A DNA stretch of 64,000 nucleotides from Asterias rubens. Lineage: Eukaryota. The stretch's first letter is position 1. Each line of letters starts with the position of its first letter. The notes beneath the pieces were generated by a model. The model saw only the letters and a list, made by a program, of their open reading frames with translations, was not told the DNA's origin and ran no database searches. Both the position numbers and the translations under genes were made by a program. Location: NCBI RefSeq assembly GCF_902459465.1, contig NC_047074.1, positions 11,656,001 to 11,720,000 of the forward strand, written 5' to 3'. Below, piece after piece: positions 1 through 11,939 of this stretch.

Positions 1-41
1 GTGTCCATCTCATCTATGACCAGTAGTGACATCTTGTCACG

Positions 42-3000
42 TCACACCGTGTCCATCTCGTCGATGACCAGCAGTGACATCTCACTCTCTGACTCTGGGT
101 TAGACTTGGTGGGTGACACGGCCCGGATGTGCTTCGTCCCATCGGCCTCCTCTGCTTGTTCCCATACTGTCGGGAGAAAAACAAAGGCAACACATCTTTA
201 GGCTTTCCTGTCTGTCAGACATAAAACCTTGAACAATGCTAGAACTGAACATCTTCTAATTTACCTGTCAAAGTAAACCTACTTCACTCCTGGTTTTCTT
301 AGGTCCACCATCCACACCTGACATTGGGCACGTCATGGCTGAGCACCGAATTCAAACTCTGGTGTTTCTGTTCAGCAGAGTGTGGGTACGAGTCCCGGTC
401 ATGACACTTGTGTCCTTAAGCAAGACATCTAACCATTATTGCTGCATCCTTCAGATGGAATGTAAAGCTGTATGTCTCCTGTGTTGTGTAATGCTCATAA
501 AAGAACCCAGTGTGCTTATCGAAGAAAAAAAAAAGGGGGTTCGGCCCAGTGTTCCTAGTTTGATTGCCCCACTCATATTTTACTTAGCAAAAACGTTTGC
601 TAAGCACTATATTTGCTTATCAGCTTTATGAAATTGGACCCTGGTCCCTGGAGTTATATTTTAATATAAAACTATTAAAATGCACATACTGTTTGATGTT
701 ACTTTCTTTTAAAACAAAATAGCACAAGTCTGGAAACTTACTAAAAGCCTGGCAGCCTTCTTTCTGAAGATCTTTCAGCGCAACCGTTTGTTTGATGCCG
801 TTCCCCACTAGGATTTCAATGGTCTGCTTCCCGTTGATGCATTGGACAGTCGCCGACATCTTGTTCCCATCTTCGTCTATGAGCTGTACCTGTGGGGAGG
901 GAAATGTAAGACATTTCAAAACCAGTACCCATTGTTGGTAAATCTTGCAGAGGAATCTCTAGTCCATTGATCTCCTACGAGGTGATTGACCAATAATAAC
1001 AAAAAATAATATCAAAGTCTTATTTAGCGCACGTATCTACCAAACAAGGTACTCAAGGCGCTGAGTATATACTAACTTTTCAGAAAGATAGGTTATTGCG
1101 GTGATAGATTCCGAGACCCAATTATTTAGCAATTATAAGGGTTTACAATGTGCTGCGACGCATACAGCAGCCATAGCCAGGAACGCCGGGGCGAACCCCT
1201 TCTCTTTCGATGAGTGCACCGAGTTCTTTTACATGTGTTTCACAACACATGGAACCAGCGGCTTTACGTCCCATCTGCAGGACGAAGCAATGGTTAGGTG
1301 TCTTGCTTAATGACACAAGTGTCACAGCTGGGGATTTGAAACCACACTCTGCTGATCAGAAACACCAGAGTTTGAATTCGGTGCTCGGCCACGACAATTC
1401 AAGTTGAAACCGTACAGCTGATTGGGTTTTGTAGGGTTGCATAACTGTGCATAGAACTGTAATGTGTATTCACAACATGATACATATGTATTTAGGAGCT
1501 TTTGTTGACTAGCGGTTAAAGGGACAAGAATCAAATTAAAAGGACGTTAAATTCGTTAGATATGGGACGCAGGAGCGCTACATTTTTTCGTATTCCACTC
1601 GCGCTTGTGTGATAACATAATGTATACTCAGTACTCTGAATCAGAATGTTCATTTCTTTACCTCTCCAACTTGTTCAAGATTACCGTCCTTGTTACAAAC
1701 AGCGGCTGTTTGACTTGTAGCATGCATCTCAACATCACTATCTGAGGCACTTTCGTTTTCATGAACCTATCAGAAAATAAAGTTGGGATTTACATAACAT
1801 TTTTGACAATAAATAATTTATTTAAAGGCGCTGAACACTATTGGTAATTACTCAAAACAATTGTTAGCATAAAAATTGCTTGGTAACGAACAATGGAGAG
1901 CTGTTGACAGTATAAGACATTGTGAGAAACGTCCCCCTCTGAATTATGAAGTAACATAATTTTTGAGAAAGGTAATTTCTCACTCGAGTATTATAAAAAG
2001 ACTTCAGGCCTTTGCAAAGTTTTTTTCTTCCATTATTTTATCCAAAGTTTCACATGTTTGATGACTTATTGAGTCAAAATTTGCATATGCATATGTTGGG
2101 ATACACCTAGTTAGTAAACTGGGCCCAATTTCATGGCTCTGCTTACCGTAAGCACAGAATCGGCGCTTAGGGAAGCAGGGAATTCTGTGCTTACAGCAAG
2201 CGTATTTCACGGGTTAGCAGCTTACTTTTGCTTCTGCGCGTGCGTACTCCACGTTTCTAGGCATTCTACGCTTACAAGGCTAGCGCAGAAATTCGGCGCT
2301 TGCACGTAAGCGGGAATCGTGACAAAAGCGCAGAATTCGGCGGTAAGCAGAGCCATGAAATTGGGCGCTGACCGAAAGTTCCTTTAAGAGTTTGTTGTAA
2401 TTTAGAAAAAGCTGAAGGTGTGCAGCAATTACCAATGTTTTGGTTTTTAGCTTTTAACACTGGCCATGCTGGCTGAATAATTTATCTAATCTTATATTAA
2501 TTTTGGTTTTATACACCCATGTGTGTAAGAACTGTACATGTACATTCAGTACTTTCCTGAGCTCTGTGAAAACAATCACATGCATTTTTGTTTTCACAGA
2601 GCTTGGGAAAGTACCGAGTATAATAATGTATTCATAAATACCCAAGACAGTCTCTCTACTCCTATTGGTGGAGAGCGCGTCACGTGGGTGTGCATAAACC
2701 TTTTGTTACTGCACACTGGAGCTCTGTTTATGCACACTGAGCTGGCTTCCGCGTGTCGAGCGCGCAAGATTATCACGCGGAACGCGCAAGTCATAGCTAT
2801 CAGCGCGTTATCTAAGCGCGCACGCGTAACACAACCCACGCGCCTTGAACAGATTCTTCACAAAGTTTTGAAAAAACATATTTAAACTCGAATTTGCAAC
2901 TGTATTTGTTTACTGTTTTTTAACAAAAGGGCATTATGAATGGGAATAAAAGAGTAGTGACTCGTTCTTCATAGCCGTTTAAAACCTTGCAGGGTCGTTG

Positions 3001-6000
3001 CCGTGCGATAAAGGCCCGAGCCGCTTTATCACATGCCGGCCGACCCTGCCGGCTTCAACTGTACATTGAAGCACTCGTCGCTACCCTTTATCCCTTATTA
3101 AAACACATCGGTGTCTATTGGTAAAACGAAAATAATTAATGTTCATAATCCCAGATGCAAATTTCCATCTGTAAAAAAATATGTTATCTTATCTTACATT
3201 GTTGTTAGCTTTGAGGTCCTTTATCTCTTTAGTGTGGTTTTTCTGGAAGTCCTCAATGGCGCTGGAGATTTCACTCAGAGCTTGATCCTTATCCGACGTT
3301 CCCTCGTCCACACCGTCCCTCCTGGCATCTTCCTGTAATATCATCACGTCAATAATTTAATACATAAAATAATGTTTTTTATTGGAAAACCACTTTAGGG
3401 AGCTGGGTCGCATCTTTAAATGTTGTGTCCAGCAGAAGAAAGTATAGTTTGTTCGTCATTTTAGCAAAAAAAATTACAGGGAATGATTGAAGGATTGTGT
3501 CACTTGTGTCATCAGATGTTGTAGTTCTCTTCCATTGTTTAAAAACTTGCTGAAAACTCACTTATTTAAATCCTCATACACTTAGCTCGTTACATGTCTT
3601 TACAGTAGATTATTTATTGTATAAAGTTGTATTATGTTCTACATTTCTTTATGTTGCATATGTATTGTTTTTTGTTCTGCGCCTCGGAATAGGGTCTTGT
3701 ACACTAGATAGATGGCGCATTATAAATGCATTATTATTATTATTATTATTATTAAGGTATGTTGTCTTGAATAGTCATGAGCGCAGAATTGGCTCACCAA
3801 ACAGGTAGTCCCGACTATTAAATTATGTATTTTTGTAGTAATTGTGGCGGCACGATTAACCTAATAATTGAAAAAACGGTAGTTGCAACTCGACTAACAG
3901 TCAATAGTCGCAACTACGACACTAGTCTCACTAGTCTCCCAGGCCTAATGTCACCCACCTGTTCGCTTCCTGCGTTTGCTTCGGGATCTTTCTTCTGATG
4001 TAGTGTACCCATCTCATGGGCCTTGAGGTGGGCTCTCAGTCTTTGCTTCCAGGCTGTGGAGAACTCGCACTTTGTGCAGTTTAGACGTACAGTGGAGTGC
4101 TTAGCCATGTGACCCACTAGGTGCTGCTTGTTAGCGGTTGCATAGGTGCACAAGTCACATTTGAAGGGCTTTATTCCTGAAATGGTGATATTAAAATTTA
4201 GGCTTAAAGGCACTGGACACTTTTGGTAACTACTCAAAATAATTGTTAGCATAAAAACTAACTTGGTAACATGCAATGAAGAGCTGTTGATAGTATAAAA
4301 CATTGTGAGAATTTCCTCTCTCTGTAAGGTAGTTTTTGAGAAGTAGTACTCTGCTCATTTCTGCTAAGCAGTATTTGTTTAGCACAATTTTCTGTTTTAG
4401 GCAGCTCTATGAAATAAGTCCCTGTGCCCAATTTCATTGTGCTTAGCAACTTTTTATGCTTAAGCAGCTTAAGCCGATTTCACAAAGAGCTAAGATTGAT
4501 CTTAACTGCAAATCAATCGTAGTTACTTCGTAAAAGTGTGATGTCAAAATATATATCGCTTTGGTAACTAGGTAATAGGGCCTAATACAGTACTGATAAT
4601 TTGTCTTGTGATGAATTTTACTGCTTTGTGAAATAGGCCCCAGAGGCCGATTTCACTAACTGTATGTTTGCGATCATCGCTAACACACTTGCGATGAGAT
4701 CGCAAACCTCAAATCCATTGCATTTGCGATGTCGCTAATTCTGCGTTTCACTAAAGTCATCGCAATTGCGATGACGTTAAAAGGGAAATAAAGTTTTTGT
4801 ACGAGGCTAAAAGTAGTGACCTTTGACATCCCGCAACAAAATCGTCGGTCGTCGCTCGAAATGAAATGGCATTGTGCAGTTTATATGTAAATCGTTGTCA
4901 TGTTGGTGCATACAAACTATTGTGGACGATGTTTAGGCACTCATTTACAAAGGGTTAAAGCATTTATAGGCCTATGGCCTCTATTATAATTTTAGATTTC
5001 AATAAACAGTTTTCGTAAATCTGTTCTAACGGTGGGATTGATGAAAATTCTGACATATCTGTCTAATAATACCATGGAGGAAGAAATAATACCAAGCTTC
5101 ACACTGTCAATTTGCCAATACATTACACATTATTTTTTTCTAAAAAATGATGGTTAAAATAATCGAACCCATATAGTATCTCCTTTTTACCGATATTAAG
5201 GGGCTCTTTGCTGCAGTTGCGTCACCGATAGTTGTCATCGGCAATCTGAGTCTACCAGGTAAAAGACCGCAAGACTAAAATAATGTAGTGCCACTCATTT
5301 TACTCTAAATCACGGGCAATTTATACGTCAAAACATACACCGCTATAACTATAAGCACATAATGGCGCAATGTATCATAAGTTTGCGATGAACTTTTACT
5401 TTGCGACCACCAACATGTCATCGCAAGATTGTCATCGCTAAATAAAACTTTGCGACGAGTATATTCATCGTTAAGTTTGAGTGAAATCGTCGGCTAAAAA
5501 TCCATTGCTAAGTTGCGATGGATTTTAGATTTAGCGATCGATTTCGGTGTTTGCGATGACCAAAACGCGTTAGTGAAATCGACCCCTGGTCTGCTCGGTC
5601 TTCCTACCTGTATGCTTTGCAATATGAACATGCATCTGCGTCATATTGATAGCTGAGTACTCGCAGTGTCCACACTTGAACGGCTTGACGTCGGAATGTT
5701 TAGCCATGTGCCGCTTGAGACTGTTCTTGTACCCCGTGGAGTATCCGCACATGGAGCATATGAAGTCCTTGTCCGGCATCTTGCGGTCTGCTTTATGGCG
5801 CTTCATGTGGCGTTGTAGACTGTACCTGTGCCCTGTGGTGTACTCACAGGAGATACACTTGTAGGTTCGCGTTACTCCGTCGGACAAGCCATGCTTTACC
5901 TCGTGGTTGATCATCTGTGAGAACAAAATTGCTGTTTTTTAAAGAACGAGTTCTCAAAATTTCAAACTACTCTTGTTAAATGCAGTTTATGCGAGACAAA

Positions 6001-7782
6001 AACAATACTGGGGAAGTGGGAAAGGTTTTAAATGGCAAATGAACCATAGCACTATAAGCCGAAGACAATGTAGCCGTCAGGCTTGATGCCCAGTTTGTTT
6101 TGAAAATTCACTCTCTTTTTATCTTCTTTAATCTCAAATTAAGTGAAAAATGAATTATACAATCAGGGGCGAGAGCCATCGCTTACTAAAATGTCTGTAA
6201 ACAATGCTCCAAATGTTAGGAGGTATTGTTGAAATGAGAACATTTCCCACTTTTAGAAACCCCTGTAGTTAAAGATTTCAAGGAGCTTTTAGAAACAGTA
6301 CTGTATACTCAGCGCTATAGAAGGCGGTCAAAGAGCAGGATTGCTTCATTTAAGAGACAAGGATGGCTACATATACAACACGGCTGAATTCAGATGAAAG
6401 TCCGAAAGATCTCATCCCTACGTCATACAATACATATGGTTTCTTTTTTTTACCTGTTGGCGATGTGTAGCAGAAAAATCACACAGGGTACATTTTAGGG
6501 GTTTCACTGTGGCGTGTCGTAGCTCATGAGATTTCAAGTTCTGCTTCGTGGTGGTGGCAAATTCACATCCCTCATGTTCACACTTAAAAAGTTTGTTACC
6601 GAGGTGTCTGTCCATGTGGGCCTTGAAGCTGACTCGGTAGGGTGTGGCGTAATCGCAACGATCGCACTTAAACTTCTTCACTTCTGCGTGACGGCCCATG
6701 TGTGTAGCCAGATCCTGCTTCCGTGCCGAGCAATAGTCACACTGGTCACACTTAAACGGTCGTAGCTTCTCGTGTTTGGACCTCATGTGATGTATCAAGC
6801 TGTGCTTGTAGATACTCATAAAGTCACATTCCGTGCACTGGAACGGCTTCTCAGGATCATGTTTCTTCATGTGGGTCATCAAGTCATGCTTGTACGGGGA
6901 AACGTAGTCGCACTTCTCGCAGCGGAAAACTTCGTCCTCGCACAGCTCTTCGATCTTGGTGTGCCTCTTCAAGTGTGTCTTGAGGTTGTACTTATGGCGA
7001 GTCGTGTATTCGCAGTCCAGGCATTTGAAGAGCTCGTTGCCGCTGATTTTTGTGTGAGTCAGCAGATGCTCCCTATAGGTGAGGAAGCGGTTTGTTTTGA
7101 AGGAGCACTTTGAGCAGGCGTATTCTATCCGAAGGTTCTCATCCGAATCATTATCATCATCAAGTTCATTCTCAGATGTGTCTACAGTCTCATGCTGCTC
7201 CGTCAGAGCGTGAAGCTTTAATTCACTGAGTTTACTCGTACAAAAGCTGCATTTATTACAGCTGAACAAGACTGAGCTGTAGACCTTATCAAGATCCCCA
7301 TTTTCACTTGCGGCATTATTTGAGCAGCTGACCTCTATATTCAAAACGCTGCCGTTGTCGACATCTTCAAGTGAACTTTCCTGTCTGGTCTTATCATCTT
7401 CGGACCCAATGCTGTCCTCTTCGATCCTGATCTCTATATGGGATGAATGGGAGTGCCTCAACACCTTCTTCTGCTTCACAATGGTCTTGCCTTTCGAGGA
7501 GACATTCTTCTTCATCTCGGCTTTTGAGAAGGGCACGGAAACAGGAGTACTATCATTTGCGTCATCTGAGTAGACCTCTAGCCTCAAGGTTTGGTCTGTA
7601 CCCTCGGTAGCTTCCTCAGCACCCTCGTTAGTTTCCTCAGCATTCTTGTGGATTTCCTCAGGCCCGCTGTCTAATGAGTGACTGCATTCATCAACGTTTG
7701 CCTCATCTTGACCCGGATCGCCATCGTTGACATCCATACTTATAACTTCAGTCCCAGAGTCTTCACCTGATTCTCTTGACAT
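42..7782 (-). CDS. C2H2 zinc-finger protein, ~825 aa, 14 fingers (CxxC-Y/F type) with acidic N- and C-terminal regions; 9 coding exons
   Basis: Exons 7782-6454, 5914-5608, 4176-3959, 3549-3478, 3332-3198, 1766-1662, 889-742, 317-279, 166-42. All have GT-AG boundaries and consistent phases. Splicing rebuilds split fingers (CTLCDFSATHRQQ|MINHEVKH; HTG|IKPFKC). The last six exons have no recognisable domain and are less certain; the donor at 278 in particular is inferred from phase. Confidence 0.85.
333..620 (+). mobile_element. tRNA-derived SINE (family 1), 3'-truncated
   Basis: tRNA-like head with a GTxCGAGTCC B-box, followed by GACACTTGTGTCCTTAAGCAAGAC; homologous to the copies at 1005, 24560 and 27828. 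Confidence 0.8.
1005..1390 (-). mobile_element. tRNA-derived SINE (family 1), near full length
   Basis: Reverse complement of the 27828-28197 copy, with a (ATT)n-type tail at the left end. Confidence 0.85.
4641..5588. mobile_element. PIF/Harbinger-like non-autonomous element (~950 bp) with subterminal TTGCGATG/CATCGC arrays
   Basis: TIRs CAGAGGCCGATTTCACTAAC and GTTAGTGAAATCGACCCCTG. It abuts a shorter GCCGATTTCACAAAG MITE at 4470-4640. Confidence 0.75.
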
Positions 7783-8999
7783 GTTTGAAATCTGTAAAAT
7801 TTAAAGGAGGAAAGGTAAGCAAATTTAAGTAAGATGTAACTCAAACCTTCAAATTCAGGATTTTCCTCTCTGTGGGTCCGTCGATTTTAAAGACTTCTCA
7901 CATGGCATGCTTGGTGTATCTCAACATATGCATAAAATAACAAACCTGTGGAATCAAAATTAATATATTGGTCGTTGAAATTTGTGAGATAATAATCAAA
8001 GAAAAAACACCCTTGTCACACAAAGTTGTGTGCTTTAGATGTTTGATTTTGAGACATCAAAATCTGATTCTGGGGTCTTAAAATCAAATTAAGGGAAATG
8101 ACTTCTCTCTCAAAATTACGTTACTTCAGAGGGAGGCGTTTCTCACTATGTTTTATACACAGCTCTCTATTACTTAGTGTGACCAAATAGGGTTGTATGC
8201 AAATACTTTTTTTTCAGTATTTACTAATAGTGTCCAGTGCTTTTAAAGCCTCTTTTTTTAAATAAAAACACACTGTCCGTACATTGCCCGCCGTTCACTC
8301 AATGGCGTGCATGCACTGCAGCACTGCCTTTGAACACCCCTTTCACAGAATGGTTTAGTCCAACCAAAAAAACAAAGCGTTTGCAAAGCAATGCAACAGG
8401 TTCAAAATTTAAACCCGTGCCAGGAATTCGCTCTCTGGTAAGTTATTGTCCTTTTCCTTCAAAAATATGTTCTCAATGGTGTTTTGAGTGTAAAAAAAAA
8501 GTTCACAGATTTACAAAAAATTTACAGGGTTTACAAAGGTAATGGTGAAAGACTTCTCTTGAAATATTAGTCCATGAAATGCTTTACTTTTTGAAAAAAC
8601 GGTGAAACAATATAAATTCTCGTCAGCGAGAATTACAGATTTATTTTAAACACGTCATGACATGGCGAAACGCACGGAAACAAGAGTGGGTTTTCCCGTT
8701 ATTTTCTCCCGACTCCGATGACCGATTGAGCCTAATTTTTCACAGGTTTGTTGTTTTATATATAAGTTGTGATACACGAAGTGTGGGACTTGGACAATAC
8801 TGTTTACCGAAAGTGAATGGCTTTAAGTTGGTGCCCTGAGAATTTGTGTCATGATTTTTGAAAGTGGTAAAAATGGGGCAAAGCTGGTGACTAGCCGTCA
8901 AAATTATACGTGTTGGACCAAATTGTCATTTGTCGCTCAAAAGAATCTCTTAACTCTCGGGCCTGGCGATCGTCGGAAGGAGGGTTGGTTACGTTATCG

Positions 9000-10421
9000 C
9001 AACTAGTGTTTTCATGTGCTTGGGTTGGTAGTTGGTAGCATACTTTCACTAAAAGTCACTAAAAATTTTAGCAGCTCTCTACTATAAATAAGTAAAATCT
9101 AAGAAATGGAAATCATCATACAGTTAAGTTAAGTTTAAGTTTACAAGCACAAAATCGTACCACTGTACTGCTGTACTGTACAATACCATTGTGTGTACTG
9201 TGTTGTAATAAATTAATAATATAGACCCAGAAACTTGGGCGCTGTACTCCTTTTTTTCAAATTTTGACATTTTCTGTCGTACCTCTAACTAAAATGTCAA
9301 AATTCGAAAGAAAAAAAGGAGTACAGCGCCCCAGTTACTGGGTCTAGTTGTAATACTTATATTGTACAACTTGTATAATATTGTGTTTTTTGTGCAGAGA
9401 ATATTTTTACTTTTTTTTTATTCCTTTTTATTAATTTATTATTTTTTATTAAATAAATACAGTAGGCCTAGGGACTATTATAGGTATTAAACTATTACTA
9501 GAGTAGGCTATCCAGTCCAGTCCAGTCAGATAAATGTATGGTCTAGGTTACTATTCCTCCATGGTTACTCCTAGAACTATTTCGGTTTCGTCCAGCTATC
9601 GTCTCCCGTAACGTAACGGGAGACGATAGCCGGACGAAACCGCACGAAATAGTTCTATTTTCTAGGAGTAGGTCTAGGTATGGAAATGATTTTCAACATA
9701 ATTGAACAGCCAACCTAACTAAGTCAGCCGGTTCACTTGGAAAGAATTTTGACTGATCCTCTGGTGTTTTAAATGCTATTGTGGCCAGCAGAGGGGGAAC
9801 GCAAGTGCATGCCACTTATTTGATACATTTATACAGTCGCCATTTTGATTTTTCAGACGCCTCGGTTCAGTTCAACGGACATGAATAACGAACAAACAAA
9901 CATCCACCACCAGTAAGGAGAAAGTGACCAAAGTTTTCACACCACAGCTTGTGCATCACAAACAATACAGTTGTTGTTTCGCCATCCATAATAAATTGAG
10001 CAGTACCTGATGTTCTTGGCAGGCTTTTCCCGATGTTAAATAGCTGAATCTTGTCTCAGGAAGGCGGGTTTTTAAGGCGGGCAGTTCCTACATGTCCCGG
10101 ATGTACACCAGCAAACAAACGCATTTCGTTCGAATTCAACCTTTTTCGCAGGTATAGCATTGTCGCGCTTGGGTTGTATATGTAGGGGCGATATTAATGC
10201 TTACGAGGCTGTCTAAAGGTTGGCCTGCTCACGTGATAAGTCACATGATGCCGGATCCTTAATGTGGGTGTGCGTTTGCTGCATTTGCAAGGTGTCATGT
10301 ATTATTGTTTGTAGTTCATCCTATTCCTATTAAATATCATTCATTTGGTACTTGGTGTGGATAAATTGTGTGTGCAGCGAGGAACCCAACGCCACAAGCA
10401 AAATGAAATTGCCCTGCTAAG
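9000..10421. promoter_or_regulatory. Probable bidirectional promoter region (zinc-finger gene and SLC19)
   Basis: Lies between head-to-head genes. It has a YY1-like CAAAATGGCG on the minus strand (~9839-9848), GC-box-like AGGCGGG elements (~10062-10082) and a candidate non-coding exon donor AAG|GTATGA at 10421. TSS positions are not determinable from sequence. Confidence 0.45.
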
Positions 10422-11939
10422 GTATGAAATCAATACAGAATAATTTAGAATTGCGAAATAAAATTAAAAATAAAATGTCTTGACAAAATTGAAATTGAAA
10501 TTTTGAATTGAATATAAAAAAAAATTTTTTATAGGCCTATAAAAATAATTGATTGAATTGATGTTTATTGTTTGTTCTTGTTCTAAGACTTGTTCTAAAA
10601 AAATATGAGATGCGAGATCACAGATGTGTTATTCAAATTGTTGTTGTAATTTTTAGAAATGTCCATTATAATATTGGTTTTTAATTTTATCACAAATTAA
10701 AAATAAAATATCAATCATTCAGCAGGCAGGATTGCTACTATTATATTAATTGGTATAATTATTAATATTAAAAACTGACGGTGTACTTCAACTTGGTAGT
10801 TTAAGTTGTCTGAACCACCTGCAGACGATTTCACAAAACTTTACGCAACTGCGTAAGTCCACTTGCGCAACATTTATGGAGCAACTTGCGACATAAACAT
10901 TGCGCAAATGGACTTAAGCCCGGTTCATACTTCTGCGAATGTGATTGATTGCGAAGCGAATGTTAACGTCTCAAATACGCAACAAATAATTTGCAGCAGC
11001 TCAACTCTGCTCAACTCACTTGCGAATTCACTCACTATAGAATAATGTTTTTGTGAACGATATCTCTGTAGGTGCTTTACGTTGTATTGAGACATGATTG
11101 TCCTTCAAACATAGCAGGTCATTACATCAACAGTTTGTTAACCTATGTCTAAAAAAATAATGAATAATGAATGACGTAAAATTTAGGATCTTGGGGTTCG
11201 TTTGATTCCTTGCTCTATGGTTTGATCAGGGAGTCCAATTAGCACACCGCATTTCGTTTCAATCTGTGATGGACATGGTCAGGTCCAAAAGCGTGTTGAA
11301 TTGACACCGAATGACCCAATTGGCGTAAAGAACCTACAATTTACAAACTTTTAGTAAGGCATCTTCCCTTCTTTATCGTTGCACATTTTTTGTTTCAGCT
11401 GTTGCACTTTATTAACTTAACTTTGAACTGTGGTGTGATAACTAATTATAAATGCTGATTGCTGACTTTGTGTGTAAGATCTTTGTAGAATAAACTAACA
11501 AGTTAATCATTTTTTATTTTTATAAAGATTGTGCAAACATAATTTCTTGTATCTTGCCAGGGTCATTAAACTAATGGTCGTCCGATTGGTTTAACATTGT
11601 CTGTTGAGACAAAGTTTGTGATTTGATAAATTAACTTAGTCGTAGAACTTGCAGACCACTTTGTGTAAATAAGTAAGTCTGTCACACTATTGTTATTTTC
11701 AGCACAAAGTTCATTGACTTTCTATACATATTAAAACTTAAACAAACCATCACGTTCAACAAACAAAACCAGATGTAACGTGACACAGATAAGAACTATA
11801 CAAATCGATTGATTTAAGTTGATGAGATGAGATCAAGTAATGATAACTATTCTTCAGGATTTTACAATTCTGTTTTTGTTATCAGACTTATTGTAGAAAG
11901 GCACCAAGACAGCAGCATGGTTGATGTCGTGAGAAGAGG

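Noticed and set aside
6526-7573. Plus-strand ORFs of 72-113 aa over the zinc-finger exon; similar shadows over SLC19, GAPR-1 and KCTD exons
   Set aside because: These are antisense or alternative-frame shadows of real coding exons.
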